Assembly (NCBI GenBank): GCA_050951545.1
Contig: JBMNJG010000003.1
Span: forward strand, 32,001 to 96,000
DNA length: 64,000 bases
From: Limnochordia bacterium
Lineage (GTDB): Bacteria; Bacillota; Limnochordia; DTU080
Direction: 5' to 3'
The notes below the pieces were generated by a model. The model ran no database searches. It was not told where the DNA came from and worked only from the letters and a program-made list of their open reading frames with translations. The translations under genes and the position numbers were made by a program. This document shows positions 1 through 10,028 of the stretch, in pieces (the first letter of the stretch is position 1; each line of letters begins with the position of its first letter).

Positions 1-1075
1 GACGATCTGCTGCCAAGATGGCAAAGACGGGATTACAGGAATTCTCAGTAGCCTCCACAAGGGTCTGCGAGCCGTGGCCCTGGCTACGCCAGCAACTCAC
101 CGCTCCGCCCCAACGCACCAGACGTATTGGATCCACGAAAACCTCATCTAGCCTTGTCACATTAGCCTCAAGAGCCGATGCACCAGTAATGACCTTGAAG
201 ATGGAGCCGGGCTCATACTGGTCCGTAAAGGCTCTATTGCGCCATGTCTCTGCTGGCACCGACGCGTAGTCGTTGGGATCGAAGGTTGGGTAAACGGCAC
301 AAGCCAGAATCTCGCCGGTCTGCGGACGCACGAAGACCGCGATTCCGAGTTCTGATTCGGTCTCGATGACCGCCTTCTGTAGTTGTCGTTCCGCGACATA
401 CTGAACGACCTGGTCTAAGGTCAGTACCAGGTCATAACCGTCTTGAGGTGCTAGACGCCGTTCGGTCCCTCCAGGAATGGCACGTCCCCGCGCGTCGCGC
501 TCTCGGATGATCATTCCGGGATTACCACGCAAGTAACGATCGTAGTAGGCCTCTAAGCCTTCTAATCCCTGGTTGTCCATCCCTGCAAACCCCAATACCT
601 GCGCAGCCAGGTTGCCGTGCGGGTAGAAGCGTTGAGGTCGGTCGGTGACGCCCACCCCAGGTATGCCTAGTTCAATCACCTGCCGGGCCGTTTCCGGATC
701 AACTTTCAGCTTCAGCCAGACCATCGCCTGTTTGCGCGTGAGACGCTCGCGCAACCATTCGGGCTCCAGGCCCAAAAGCGGCGTGAGCTGTGCCACCACT
801 TGCTCCACGTCCTGAATCTCCACGGGTGTGGCATAGATAGCATCAGTACTCATACTGACAGCCAACTTATTCTGATTCCGGTCAAGAATGTCGCCGCGGC
901 TAGCTAGCAGCGGAATAGGCCGCATTCTTTGGTCGAGAGCCATGGCCAGAAAATACTGGTTACGGATGACTTCGAGATAAAGCAAGCGTACCCCGAGTAC
1001 GGCAAAGACCGACACAAACAGCATGAACAACCATGCGATACGCCGCCGTACGCTCACCATGGAAAACTTGGCCAA
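1..1075 (-). CDS. spoVD: Class B penicillin-binding protein SpoVD/FtsI (N-terminal part; runs off the window start)
   Basis: Not in the ORF track because it is truncated. Manual translation from TTG at 1075 gives MAKFSMVSVRRRIAWLFMLF...RLLYLEV...RGDILDRN, the PBP-dimer motif. Lies directly after mraZ-rsmH-ftsL. Confidence 0.85.
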   Translation of the reverse strand, partial: MAKFSMVSVRRRIAWLFMLFVSVFAVLGVRLLYLEVIRNQYFLAMALDQRMRPIPLLASRGDILDRNQNKLAVSMSTDAIYATPVEIQDVEQVVAQLTPLLGLEPEWLRERLTRKQAMVWLKLKVDPETARQVIELGIPGVGVTDRPQRFYPHGNLAAQVLGFAGMDNQGLEGLEAYYDRYLRGNPGMIIRERDARGRAIPGGTERRLAPQDGYDLVLTLDQVVQYVAERQLQKAVIETESELGIAVFVRPQTGEILACAVYPTFDPNDYASVPAETWRNRAFTDQYEPGSIFKVITGASALEANVTRLDEVFVDPIRLVRWGGAVSCWRSQGHGSQTLVEATENSCNPVFAILAADR

Positions 1076-1107
1076 CCGTCTGTTCCCCCCGGTGCGCCGC
1101 GGCTGCG

Positions 1108-1638
1108 TCACTGCAGATGGCTGGCCTCTGCTTGGCCCCAGCGCGGCCAGTTGTCAGTAAGCCACTTGGTTACCGCTGCAAGAGCCCCCAGCTCTTTGGG
1201 CTCTGTCAACTCCACCTGACTCGGGGTGTCACCCTGAGCGGGGACTAGGACCAGGTATTCGACGCGTTGCGGCTCCTGCATCCCCAGGCGCTCCCTTGCC
1301 CAGCGATCGATCTGTTGAGGTGAGCGTGCCCTCATCAGTTCTAGCTGAAGGTGGCTCTGCCTTTTCTGCTCTCGAGCCAGCTCTTCGTGTAACGCAGCCA
1401 ACTCGTCAGATCGCGTCATGAGTTGAGTCTTTTGTGCAACCAGTCCGAGGGCCAATGCCAGACAGCAGAAAGCGCAGAGTACAGTGGCCCCAAGTGGAAT
1501 CGGTTTCCTGGGTGCAGATTGCCCTACTGACTCAGCTGGCTCTGTGCCTTCCCAGTTAGGTGCTGCGGATTGCCAGAATTCGTCTTGGGCTTCTGAAGGT
1601 ACTCTTAGAGTGGCGGTCCCATGGCTTACCGCTGACAT
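1108..1638 (-). CDS. ftsL: Cell division protein FtsL-like (single TM helix + coiled coil)
   Basis: TM segment, coiled coil and SPQQIDRWARERLGM motif; canonical position between rsmH and the PBP. Confidence 0.75.
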   Translation of the reverse strand: MSAVSHGTATLRVPSEAQDEFWQSAAPNWEGTEPAESVGQSAPRKPIPLGATVLCAFCCLALALGLVAQKTQLMTRSDELAALHEELAREQKRQSHLQLELMRARSPQQIDRWARERLGMQEPQRVEYLVLVPAQGDTPSQVELTEPKELGALAAVTKWLTDNWPRWGQAEASHLQ

Positions 1639-1640
1639 GG

Positions 1641-2591
1641 CTATGCATTCTCCTTTGCCGACAGAACACGCTCTGCCGCTCGTAGAGTAGCACTGCGAGC
1701 GCGAGGGTTTCTCTTGAGCTCAGCTGAACTGGGTCTAACACCTTTTGTAGTAAGGACATGCATAGTTGGTTTTCGTCCACAGACACACCCCAGACGTGGG
1801 GGACAGATGCACGGATTGGCGCTGGAGCGGAAGAAATTCTTGACCATGGCATCTTCAAGACTGTGGAAGCTGATGACAACCAATCTGCCTCCAGCACGAA
1901 GCACTTGGAGCGCCCCTCGAAGTCCCCGCTCTAGATTGCCCAACTCATCGTTTACCGCTATCCGTAACGCCTGAAAGGTACGCCTTGCAGGATGTGGACC
2001 ACTTCGCCTGGCCCCCGCCGGAATGGCTTCTTTAACAAGCTGTGCCAACTGAACTGTGCTCACAATCGCGGTCTGTTGTCGTGCGCGGACGATGAATGAT
2101 GCTATACGAGCTGCCCATCGCTCCTCGCCAAACTCGCGCAATACCCGGGTCAACTCGTCTTCTGTCGCCGTGTTCACTATATCTGCGGCTGTCTGTTCTT
2201 GTTGTGGGTCCATCCGCATGTCCAAGGGAGCTTCGTGCTGGTAGCTAAAACCGCGCTGCGCCTCGTCTAGTTGAGGGCTCGATACACCGATATCAAGCAA
2301 AACGCCGTCGACACCTGACGAAACCCAGGCTTGTACCAGATCAGGAAGGTCCCCGAAATTGCCGTGCAGCAGACGCACCCTATCTCCATACGCTTGAAGC
2401 CGCTGCCCGGCAGCAAGCAATGCCTGCGGATCGCGGTCAATGCCGACCACCCGTGTCTCCGGATGGGCCTGAAGAATGGCTTGGGCATGTCCGCCTCCAC
2501 CCAAAGTACCGTCGATGAAGGTACCGCCCTTGGTCGCCTGTAAATATTCCACGGCTTCATCGCGTAAGACCGTCTCATGCCGGTACAGCAT
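1641..2591 (-). CDS. rsmH: 16S rRNA m4C1402 methyltransferase
   Basis: HETVL, DGTLGGGGH, DIGVSSPQLD, FQALRIAVN, SFHSLED and NPRARSA motifs. Confidence 0.97.
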   Translation of the reverse strand: MLYRHETVLRDEAVEYLQATKGGTFIDGTLGGGGHAQAILQAHPETRVVGIDRDPQALLAAGQRLQAYGDRVRLLHGNFGDLPDLVQAWVSSGVDGVLLDIGVSSPQLDEAQRGFSYQHEAPLDMRMDPQQEQTAADIVNTATEDELTRVLREFGEERWAARIASFIVRARQQTAIVSTVQLAQLVKEAIPAGARRSGPHPARRTFQALRIAVNDELGNLERGLRGALQVLRAGGRLVVISFHSLEDAMVKNFFRSSANPCICPPRLGCVCGRKPTMHVLTTKGVRPSSAELKRNPRARSATLRAAERVLSAKENA

Positions 2592-2605
2592 CCCAGTATC
2601 CCGCC

Positions 2606-3037
2606 CTAAATTCCGAGATCAACAATCTTCTCCGCAATGGCCTCGTATGACTCGGTAGCTGCACTGGCGTAGTTCCCCCACTCTTCAGCCGCCCATATCT
2701 CTACCCGATTGGCTACCCCGATGGATACTACATCACGTTCGATACCAGCGTATTGACGCAGTGTAGGAGGCAGGAGAATGCGCCCTTGCTTGTCTAGTGC
2801 ACACTCACTAGCTCCAGCAAATAGCAGGCGGGCAAAAGCCCGGGAGTCAGCCTTGGTAAGAGGAAGAGCACGTAGCTTGTCTGCCAACGCTTCCCATTCC
2901 TGGGATGCATAGACAAACAGGCACCGGTCCAGCCCGCGGGTCACCACAAAGCTGGCTCCAAGTTCCTCTCGGAAACGAGCAGGGATAATCATGCGTCCCT
3001 TGTCGTCCAGAGTGTGTGCATACTCCCCCAGGAACAC
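2606..3037 (-). CDS. mraZ: Division/cell wall cluster transcriptional regulator MraZ
   Basis: MFLGEYAHTLDDKGR and DKQGRILLP motifs; GTG start at 3037 preferred over the ORF-track start. Confidence 0.96.
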   Translation of the reverse strand: MFLGEYAHTLDDKGRMIIPARFREELGASFVVTRGLDRCLFVYASQEWEALADKLRALPLTKADSRAFARLLFAGASECALDKQGRILLPPTLRQYAGIERDVVSIGVANRVEIWAAEEWGNYASAATESYEAIAEKIVDLGI

Positions 3038-3041
3038 TTCG

Positions 3042-3067
3042 CTCCACTTCCCTCCACTTCCACCCAC
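3042..3067 (-). promoter_or_regulatory. MraZ-binding repeats (GTGGGT-N4-GTGGAG-N4-GTGGAG)
   Basis: Three GTGG repeats at 10-bp period immediately upstream of the mraZ start, resembling known MraZ operator repeats. Confidence 0.85.
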
Positions 3068-3243
3068 TGGATGGTCATTTCTAGGGACATGGCGAGTACT
3101 CCTCCTCACGCATCGCCTTTTCTCAGCGCTTTTGTACGATGTTTACAGCTACTGGTCGGGGGTTTGTGAGCAACTACAACAAAAAAACCGAGGGCCAGCG
3201 TGTACACTACACCAGCCCTCGAGTAGAAAACGCCTACCGATTC

Positions 3244-4053
3244 CTATGGCATGCACGACACAGGATCTGCCTCATGAGCCACATGGAACTTGCAGGCTTG
3301 ACCCTCTGTTCGTGCCCGCTCCTCCAGATACTTTGCCAGCTGCGGCGCTACCATCCTCTCAGTTGCGAAGTGCCCGGGATCAAGCACACACAACCCAAGG
3401 GCCTCAGCATACACAGCGTCATGATGCTTCATGTCACCCGTGACATATACGTCGACACCCGCCGCCTTAGCCTGAGCTAGATAAGAAGCCCCTGAACCGT
3501 TTACAACCGCCATACGCTCCACACACGGTGGCGGCGCTCCACTGACACGCACTCGACCCACACCCAGCTTCTGACAAAGAGCGCCAGTTAACCGCTCAAA
3601 ATCAACAGGGTCACGTAGCTTTCCGACCCGACCGTACCCCGCCCCCGGCACCTGCCTGTCCAGAGGGACTAGCGGTTGCCCGCTATCGAGCCCACACGCC
3701 TGCGCAGCCCAGTCTCCCAGGCCGCCTGGCGTCGCGTCAAGGTTCGTGTGCGCCACGTAAACAGAGAGCCGCTCCCTCACGATGCGCATGATCAAGCTCT
3801 CGTGGGCATCGTCCGCCCGCAGCGTCCGCAAAGGCGTGAAGATCAGGGGATGATGCGCCACAACCAGCTGCACGTCCGCCTGCAGAGCCTGGTCAACTAC
3901 CGCCTGATTGACCCCCAGGCAGACAAGCACCTGACTCACGGGGGCGGCTTGCTCGCCGATTTGCAGACCTACGTTGTCCCACTGCTCCGCGAGATGTAAA
4001 GGCGCCAACTCCTCCATCCAGCGCTGAACATCACCGACTCGCACGGATCTCAC
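3244..4053 (-). CDS. Nif3-like dinuclear metal-centre protein
   Basis: WDNVGLQIG, HHPLIF, HTNLD, TGDMKHH and GHFATE motifs. Confidence 0.93.
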   Translation of the reverse strand: MRSVRVGDVQRWMEELAPLHLAEQWDNVGLQIGEQAAPVSQVLVCLGVNQAVVDQALQADVQLVVAHHPLIFTPLRTLRADDAHESLIMRIVRERLSVYVAHTNLDATPGGLGDWAAQACGLDSGQPLVPLDRQVPGAGYGRVGKLRDPVDFERLTGALCQKLGVGRVRVSGAPPPCVERMAVVNGSGASYLAQAKAAGVDVYVTGDMKHHDAVYAEALGLCVLDPGHFATERMVAPQLAKYLEERARTEGQACKFHVAHEADPVSCMP

Positions 4054-4757
4054 CAGAAGAGGAACTCCACCTGGACGTTGGCTCTCAGGGTGATCTCGCC
4101 AGGAGCAATCTCCGTCTGTGCACCCATGTCGAACGCCGCCTTCGATGCTGTGCGCAGCTCGTTACGGGCTGGAGCGGAATAGCCCGTCTGATCCTGGATG
4201 CGGTTGACGCGCAAAGTGGTTACTCCGGCACCCTCGGCCAGAGCCTCCGCCTTCTCCCGCGCATCACGAACAGCTGCCGTAAGCGCTTGCCGGAGCAGCT
4301 CAGGTGCCCGACTCGTGCCAAACTGAATCTCCCGCACGTTAGACGCGCCGGCGTTGACAACTGCATCAAGCACTGCACCTAGCCTGGCGATGTCGTCAAT
4401 CTTGATATACAGGTCATGAGTGGCCCTGTATCCCCGCAACACCTGCTGGCCTTCACGGTAGTCATATTCGGCTCCCACGCGAAAGTCACGGGTCTGAATC
4501 GACTTGTCAGGTACACCTAACCGCTGAATGGCGCGCCGCATCTCTTCCATACGCATCGCTACCTCCGACTGCGCAGAGGCTGCCGTCTGGCTCAAGACTG
4601 AGACTCCTATCACTACAGTCGCTTCATCAGGAACAGCCGTTATTTCCGCGCTGCCAGTGGTCACGAGCACACCCGCGGCTTGGTTGGCTGATGCCACACC
4701 TGTGAGAGCCAAGGCAATCACCAGAGCAACCGCGTATGTTGTTTTTCTTCTTAGCAA
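4050..4757 (-). CDS. SIMPL (DUF541) domain secreted protein
   Basis: Signal peptide; TGSAEITAVPDEA, AVRDAREKAEALA and IAPGEITLRANVQVEF motifs. Confidence 0.9.
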   Translation of the reverse strand: MLRRKTTYAVALVIALALTGVASANQAAGVLVTTGSAEITAVPDEATVVIGVSVLSQTAASAQSEVAMRMEEMRRAIQRLGVPDKSIQTRDFRVGAEYDYREGQQVLRGYRATHDLYIKIDDIARLGAVLDAVVNAGASNVREIQFGTSRAPELLRQALTAAVRDAREKAEALAEGAGVTTLRVNRIQDQTGYSAPARNELRTASKAAFDMGAQTEIAPGEITLRANVQVEFLFW

Positions 4758-4806
4758 ATCAACCCCACCTTTCCCAATCTTGAGCTATGCCATACCTCAC
4801 AACCAT

Positions 4807-5295
4807 CTACAGACGCACGCATCCAAGCCAGTACACTGCCCGGGCCACGGCGATGCCCATGACCATCCCAGCCAAGACTTCTCGACCCGTATGACCCAGA
4901 GACTTGGGGACCCAAAACTCCTCAAGCAGATCCGGGGCAGCCCGCTCAAGAAGAATGCGCAAAGTCTTGGTCTGCTCCTGCATGGCACGGCGGATAATCG
5001 CTGCATCATAAATCACAATTACTGCCATGATACCCGCGACACCTGTCTCCGAAGACTGCCAGCCGTTGTGCCACAAAACCGACATGAACAGAGCCCAGGC
5101 GAGAGCTGAATGAGAGCTGGGCATCCCGCCTGCTTTCACCAGAGCCGCTCTCGGAGCCTCGTTACGGGTCACAGCAGCGATGAGCGCTTTGATGACCTGG
5201 GCTACCACTGCTGCCAGAATGGCACTGACAAAAGGCACGTTCGTTTTGCTGAGCAAGAACTGAACCATATGCGCAGATCGCATGTCAACGCTCAC
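4807..5295 (-). CDS. Divergent PAP2 (DUF212) family membrane protein
   Basis: GGMPSSHSA, IVIYDA and LGHT..EV motifs; start uncertain. Confidence 0.88.
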   Translation of the reverse strand: MSVDMRSAHMVQFLLSKTNVPFVSAILAAVVAQVIKALIAAVTRNEAPRAALVKAGGMPSSHSALAWALFMSVLWHNGWQSSETGVAGIMAVIVIYDAAIIRRAMQEQTKTLRILLERAAPDLLEEFWVPKSLGHTGREVLAGMVMGIAVARAVYWLGCVRL

Positions 5296-5349
5296 CCTCT
5301 TTTGTACAGTCCATGCTCACCTGTAGCGTCAGTTTAGGCTAGGTGTCAA

Positions 5350-5377
5350 GAAGGAGGCTCCTATTGGAACCTCCTTC
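5350..5377 (-). terminator. Hairpin after tRNA-Glu
   Basis: GAAGGAGGTTCC-AATA-GGAGCCTCCTTC inverted repeat immediately 3' of the tRNA; short U tail. Confidence 0.6.
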
Positions 5378-5383
5378 CCCATA

Positions 5384-5459
5384 TGGTACCACCAGCGGGA
5401 TTCGAACCCGCGCCACCGCCTTGAAAGGGCGGCGTCCTAGGCCCCTAGACGATGGTGGC
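5384..5459 (-). tRNA. tRNA-Glu(TTC)
   Basis: Cloverleaf with anticodon loop CTTTCAA, GGTTCGAATCC T-arm and encoded CCA. Confidence 0.96.
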
Positions 5460-5465
5460 CAACAC

Positions 5466-5542
5466 TGGTGGGCCTGGCAGGACTTGAACCTGCGACCATC
5501 CGATTATGAGTCGGACGCTCTAACCAACTGAGCTACAGGCCC
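5466..5542 (-). tRNA. tRNA with CAT anticodon, probably tRNA-Ile2 (lysidine-modified)
   Basis: GGGCCTGTAGCTCAG...CTCATAA...CCA; the acceptor stem resembles Ile2 more than elongator or initiator Met (inference). Confidence 0.9.
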
Positions 5543-5562
5543 GCCTGTCAGTCACGCGGCCT

Positions 5563-5591
5563 ATTATACCACGGTCGCTTGGCCTTGGCAA
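5563..5591 (-). promoter_or_regulatory. SigA promoter of tRNA-Ile2/tRNA-Glu
   Basis: TTGCCA-17bp-TATAAT with extended -10 TG. Confidence 0.85.
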
Positions 5592-5686
5592 CTTTGCTTA
5601 ACACCAAGACAACCCTTTTCGAACAAGCCTTTTTTTGTGCATATATCATCGGCCACGCACTACCCTAGTATAGAGGTGAGCCACAT

Positions 5687-6622
5687 ATGCGCGGCTATTC
5701 CCCAAGAGCGTGCTGGTCTGTTCTGGCGCTTGCTCTGATAGGATGTGCCTTGCGTTTGCCCGCAACGCAGCCCCATCCTGCCATGCTCTTCCACGGCACT
5801 GCCGTCACCGAGCTTGTTGCACAACCGTCCCACAGTGAGTCAGGTCGTGCTGTCCCGGCCTCAGAGCTGCCATGGAAACAAGATCCTGAGTTCCATGCCG
5901 CCATGAGGCGCAGCCAGACCCCGCTGCTCATGGCTGCATTCCGAACCGAACTTGGCGAGTCAGTAGCGCACGAGACACACAACATCGCACTGGCTGCAGA
6001 ACGGCTTACTGGTCTGATTATCCCCGGCGGAAGTGTCTTTTCGCTTAACCAGACTGTCGGTCCCTACAGTGAAGCCAAAGGTTTTCGCCTCGGGCAGAAC
6101 TACGTGGGCGGCCGGGTCATCCTCGACGTTGGTGGCGGGGTATGCAGAATCGCTACCATGCTCTACAATCTCACCATTCTCAGCAATCTACCGGTTGTAC
6201 AACGCAAACCACACACCATGGTAGTGCCCTACGTACCACCCGGACAGGACGCGACAGTCTCGTTGACCGCTGGCGTCGATTACAGATTCCACAACAACAC
6301 TCCCGGTCCGATCTTGATCTGGGCTAGGATCGTAGGCGACACGCTGTACATGGCTTTCTATGGACAGCAGGAGACTCCCACGGTGAAGTGGCGGCACCAG
6401 ATCCTATCTCACAATCCAGCGTCTACCGTCCGCAGACACAATCCTGAACTCGGGCCCGGCGAGGAACGTCAGCTGAGCCCGGGGTATGATGGCTATCGCG
6501 TACGCTCCTGGGCTGAAATAACCTTCGCAAACGGGCAGACCAAGACTCGACATCTGGGAGTAAGCCATTACGTGGTCTCCCCAAAGATCATCGAGCATGG
6601 AGACCCGAAGCCTGCGCTCTAG
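5687..6622 (+). CDS. VanW family protein with C-terminal G5-like domain
   Basis: FSLNQTVGP, GGGVCRIATMLYN, YVPPGQDATV and DYRFHNNT motifs; N-terminal signal/TM segment. Confidence 0.9.
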   Translation: MRGYSPRACWSVLALALIGCALRLPATQPHPAMLFHGTAVTELVAQPSHSESGRAVPASELPWKQDPEFHAAMRRSQTPLLMAAFRTELGESVAHETHNIALAAERLTGLIIPGGSVFSLNQTVGPYSEAKGFRLGQNYVGGRVILDVGGGVCRIATMLYNLTILSNLPVVQRKPHTMVVPYVPPGQDATVSLTAGVDYRFHNNTPGPILIWARIVGDTLYMAFYGQQETPTVKWRHQILSHNPASTVRRHNPELGPGEERQLSPGYDGYRVRSWAEITFANGQTKTRHLGVSHYVVSPKIIEHGDPKPAL

Positions 6623-6645
6623 GAACCGACTTGGCCCGTACATGC

Positions 6646-6680
6646 AAAAAAGCCTGATTACGATGTCGTCATCAGGCTTT
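6646..6680. terminator. Bidirectional rho-independent terminator between vanW and tRNA-Asn
   Basis: AAAAAAGCCTGAT...ATCAGGCTTT inverted repeat. Confidence 0.75.
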
Positions 6681-6754
6681 GGCTCCCCGGGCTGGACTCG
6701 AACCAGCAACCACCCGGTTAACAGCCGGGTGCTCTACCATTGAGCTACCGAGGA
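6680..6754 (-). tRNA. tRNA-Asn(GTT)
   Basis: TCCTCGGTAGCTCAATGG...CTGTTAA...GGTTCGAGTCC...GCCA. Confidence 0.96.
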
Positions 6755-6781
6755 CTATCTCCGGTCAAGCTCACCATACTA

Positions 6782-6810
6782 ATTATAGCCTGACCGGATT
6801 GTGTAGTCAA
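6782..6810 (-). promoter_or_regulatory. SigA promoter of tRNA-Asn
   Basis: TTGACT-17bp-TATAAT. Confidence 0.85.
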
Positions 6811-6831
6811 CATCTTTTGCGCCGCGCTTGC

Positions 6832-7956
6832 CTACTCCAGAAAGTCCTTTAGCTTCTTACTCCTGCTCGGATGCCGCAACTTGCGCAGAGCTTTCGCCTC
6901 GATCTGCCGGATGCGCTCCCGAGTTACGCCGAACACTTGCCCCACTTCCTCTAGCGTGCGAGTGCGCCCATCATCAAGGCCAAAGCGAAGGCGTAACACG
7001 CGCTCCTCTCGCGGAGTAAGGGTGTCGAGAACCTCCTCGAGCTGCTCCTTGAGCATCAGGAAAGAGGCGGCCTCCGCCGGAGCAAGGGCATCCTGATCCT
7101 CGATGAAATCGCCTAAGTGACTGTCTTCCTCTTCGCCAATAGGCGTTTCAAGAGAGACTGGCTCCTGTGCAATCTTCATGATCTCTCGTACTCGCTCGAC
7201 GGGCAGGTCCATCTCTTCAGCAATCTCCTCAGGTGTAGGTTCTCGCCCTAACTCCTGCAAAAGCTGACGAGAGATACGGGTAAGCTTATTGATGGTTTCC
7301 ACCATATGCACTGGTATGCGGATTGTCCGCGCTTGATCAGCGATAGCTCTCGTGATAGCCTGCCGAATCCACCATGTCGCATAGGTACTGAATTTGTACC
7401 CCTTGCGATAGTCAAATTTCTCAACAGCCTTGATCAGGCCAAGGTTTCCCTCCTGGATCAGGTCGAGGAGAAGCATGCCCCGGCCGAGATAGCGTTTGGC
7501 TATGCTGACTACCAAGCGTAGGTTAGCCTCGGCCAGGCCTCTTCTCGCCTCTTCCTCACCCATTTCAATCCTCTTAGCCAGCTCCACTTCTTCTTCGGCA
7601 GTAAGGAGAGGAACACGGCCTATCTCCTTGAGGTACATGCGCACATGGTCGTCAAGACCTACGCCTTCCGGAAGGGCCTGATCATGCGTGGATGCATCTG
7701 ACTCTGACTCTGGCTCTGCGTCACGGCCCTCAGCTTCGTCTGTGACAACCCTGTCAGCAGGCTTGGCGTTATCGGCCACGAGATCAATTCCCTGGCTTTG
7801 TAGGTGCGTGTACACCTCGTCTATCTGGTCCGCACTCAACTCGACCTCTTCCAGAGCATTCATGACCTCTTGATAGGTAAGAGCGCCCTGCTGCTTACCG
7901 CGCTGCATGAGAGCACGTAGCCCCTCAACCTCGATCGGTCCCTCTTTGCCAGTCAT
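6832..7956 (-). CDS. rpoD: Primary sigma factor SigA/RpoD
   Basis: Region 1.1, [33 protein letters not shown] and [16 protein letters not shown]. Confidence 0.98.
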   Translation of the reverse strand: MTGKEGPIEVEGLRALMQRGKQQGALTYQEVMNALEEVELSADQIDEVYTHLQSQGIDLVADNAKPADRVVTDEAEGRDAEPESESDASTHDQALPEGVGLDDHVRMYLKEIGRVPLLTAEEEVELAKRIEMGEEEARRGLAEANLRLVVSIAKRYLGRGMLLLDLIQEGNLGLIKAVEKFDYRKGYKFSTYATWWIRQAITRAIADQARTIRIPVHMVETINKLTRISRQLLQELGREPTPEEIAEEMDLPVERVREIMKIAQEPVSLETPIGEEEDSHLGDFIEDQDALAPAEAASFLMLKEQLEEVLDTLTPREERVLRLRFGLDDGRTRTLEEVGQVFGVTRERIRQIEAKALRKLRHPSRSKKLKDFLE

Positions 7957-7973
7957 GCTTGTTCCCCCCTTCC

Positions 7974-9770
7974 CTATGACGCCTCAGACTGAGTGCGGCA
8001 GTAGCTCTGTAACGTCTTCCGCCATTCACGGAATGCCAAGAGGCCTTCGCTCATCTGCGTCATGTACTCCACAGGGTTGTGTTCCACTAGTGCTGCCAAC
8101 CCCTCTTCTATTGCCCTTAGTTCCTCTCGTAATTGCTCGAGGCGCATCCTCGTAAGATAATCCCGCCAAGACAGACCACTCTCGGGCGGCTGCACAAGTA
8201 TAGAGGCGATGTCGGAAGTCATCTCAGCTTCCAGGTGCTCAACCAACGCCGAACCTGATCGCCCTTCGGCCAATGCCTGCAGAAGCTCATTGTAGCACCC
8301 ACTCCGAAAAGGAGAGGGGCCAAGCTCTTCAACTACAGCAGCTACCCCCGAAGTATCATGGATCAGGCAACGCACCATCTCTCTCTCCAGCAAAATCCGC
8401 CCATCGGGCACAACCACACCCGTACTATCCGCTGAACCTTTACTAGTATCGCGGTATGCTGGATTTGTATGCCGCCACGTCCTAGCCCGGGTGCCTCGCT
8501 CACCAATGACCTCACTTGCGAGACTGCGTGGTGAAACACCGAGCCTAGATGCAATTCTCTGGATGTAGGCGTCCCTTTCTACCGGGCTATCCAGGCACCG
8601 GAGAATAGGCACCGCGGCACGTACTCCCTGCATACGCCCGGCCACGCTGCGCATATCCGCTAGGCTCAGGGCCTCCTCCAAAAGGTACTCCGTCAGCGGT
8701 AAGGCTCGTTCCATTTGCGCAAGAAAAGCAGAACTCCCCTTATCAGCGATGAGACTGTCCGGATCATGTCCATCGGGCAGCCCAACGACCCACACAGTGA
8801 ACCCGCTGTCTTGAAGCACCCCCGATGCCTTTGATATGGCTCGGCGGCCTGCCTCGTCAGCATCAAAGCACAAGTACACATCACTGGCAAAACGTCGCAG
8901 CAGCTGCGCATGTTCTTCGGTTAGCGAAGTGCCACAGGAGGCCACGGCGTACCCAATACCGTTTCGCTGTAGAGCGATGCAGTCGAAATACCCCTCAACC
9001 ACCACGACTCGGCGTTCACGACGCATTGCCTCTTTGGCCTGAGCGAGTCCGTAGAGCTGCTTTCTTTTCACATAGACGACCGTCTCAGGCGAGTTCAGGT
9101 ACTTTGGTGCACCACCCTCAAGGCTTCGAGCACCGAAAGCGACCACTCTGCCGTGGGTATCAGCAAACGGAAACATGATACGTCCGCGAAAGCGATCATA
9201 TGCCCCTCCAGAGCTCTTTGCTACTAACAGCCCTGCCTTCTCCCCAGCCTCTGCTTTTCCGCTGTCAACTAAGAAGTTCGTTAGGGCATCCCAGCGATCT
9301 GGCGCATAGCCCAGCTGAAAGCGACGTATCCACGCAAGTTCTACCCCACGACTTCGGAGATAATCTCTCGCCTTCTCCCCTTTTGGCCCCTGAAGAGCAC
9401 GCTGAAAAAAAGAGCAGGCTAGTTCATTCACCTCAAGTAGCTCGCTGCGCAGACGCGCCTGAGGGGAGGCATCGACAGTCTGTGTGGTATGCATCGCCAC
9501 CCCAGCTTTTTGCGCCAGTAATGCCAATGCCTCAGGAAATGCAAGCCCTTCCATCTTCATCACGAAATCGAAAATGTCGCCGCCAGCTTTGCAGCCAAAA
9601 CAGTGATAGAGACCTTTTTGGGGATCGACATGGAAAGACGGCGTCTTTTCATGATGAAACGGACACAGACCGACCAGGCTTTTGCCAGTCTTTCGCAGCT
9701 GCACATACTCCCCGACCACTTCGGAGATGTTTAGCCTAGCGCGAACTTGCTCCTTGAGATCCCCTGTCAC
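7974..9770 (-). CDS. dnaG: DNA primase
   Basis: [11 protein letters not shown] zinc finger, [13 protein letters not shown] and FDADEAG Toprim motifs; GTG start at 9770 behind an SD. Confidence 0.97.
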   Translation of the reverse strand: MTGDLKEQVRARLNISEVVGEYVQLRKTGKSLVGLCPFHHEKTPSFHVDPQKGLYHCFGCKAGGDIFDFVMKMEGLAFPEALALLAQKAGVAMHTTQTVDASPQARLRSELLEVNELACSFFQRALQGPKGEKARDYLRSRGVELAWIRRFQLGYAPDRWDALTNFLVDSGKAEAGEKAGLLVAKSSGGAYDRFRGRIMFPFADTHGRVVAFGARSLEGGAPKYLNSPETVVYVKRKQLYGLAQAKEAMRRERRVVVVEGYFDCIALQRNGIGYAVASCGTSLTEEHAQLLRRFASDVYLCFDADEAGRRAISKASGVLQDSGFTVWVVGLPDGHDPDSLIADKGSSAFLAQMERALPLTEYLLEEALSLADMRSVAGRMQGVRAAVPILRCLDSPVERDAYIQRIASRLGVSPRSLASEVIGERGTRARTWRHTNPAYRDTSKGSADSTGVVVPDGRILLEREMVRCLIHDTSGVAAVVEELGPSPFRSGCYNELLQALAEGRSGSALVEHLEAEMTSDIASILVQPPESGLSWRDYLTRMRLEQLREELRAIEEGLAALVEHNPVEYMTQMSEGLLAFREWRKTLQSYCRTQSEAS

Positions 9771-9949
9771 GCCCCCACCTCTTATAAAAATCAACCCAAG
9801 ATAGCCACGTCACGGACTCATTTAGCCCCGCTACTTCGAAGGTTCTGCGAGCTAAGCCCATCTCCTTCCAAGATAACCTGTATCTCTCGGCATCGCGGTC
9901 GCCTGGACGGAGTAGTCCCTACGTGAGCGCATGGCTACCAGGCACAGAG

Positions 9950-9981
9950 GAGCCCGCGCCCTCTACTGCTGGCGCGGGCTC
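9950..9981 (-). terminator. GC-rich hairpin downstream of ppdK
   Basis: GAGCCCGCGCC / GGCGCGGGCTC inverted repeat; weak U tail. Confidence 0.55.
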
Positions 9982-10028
9982 TCCACAGCCATCCGTAGTT
10001 CGCTATCTATCGCAACGCCATCTTCGCC

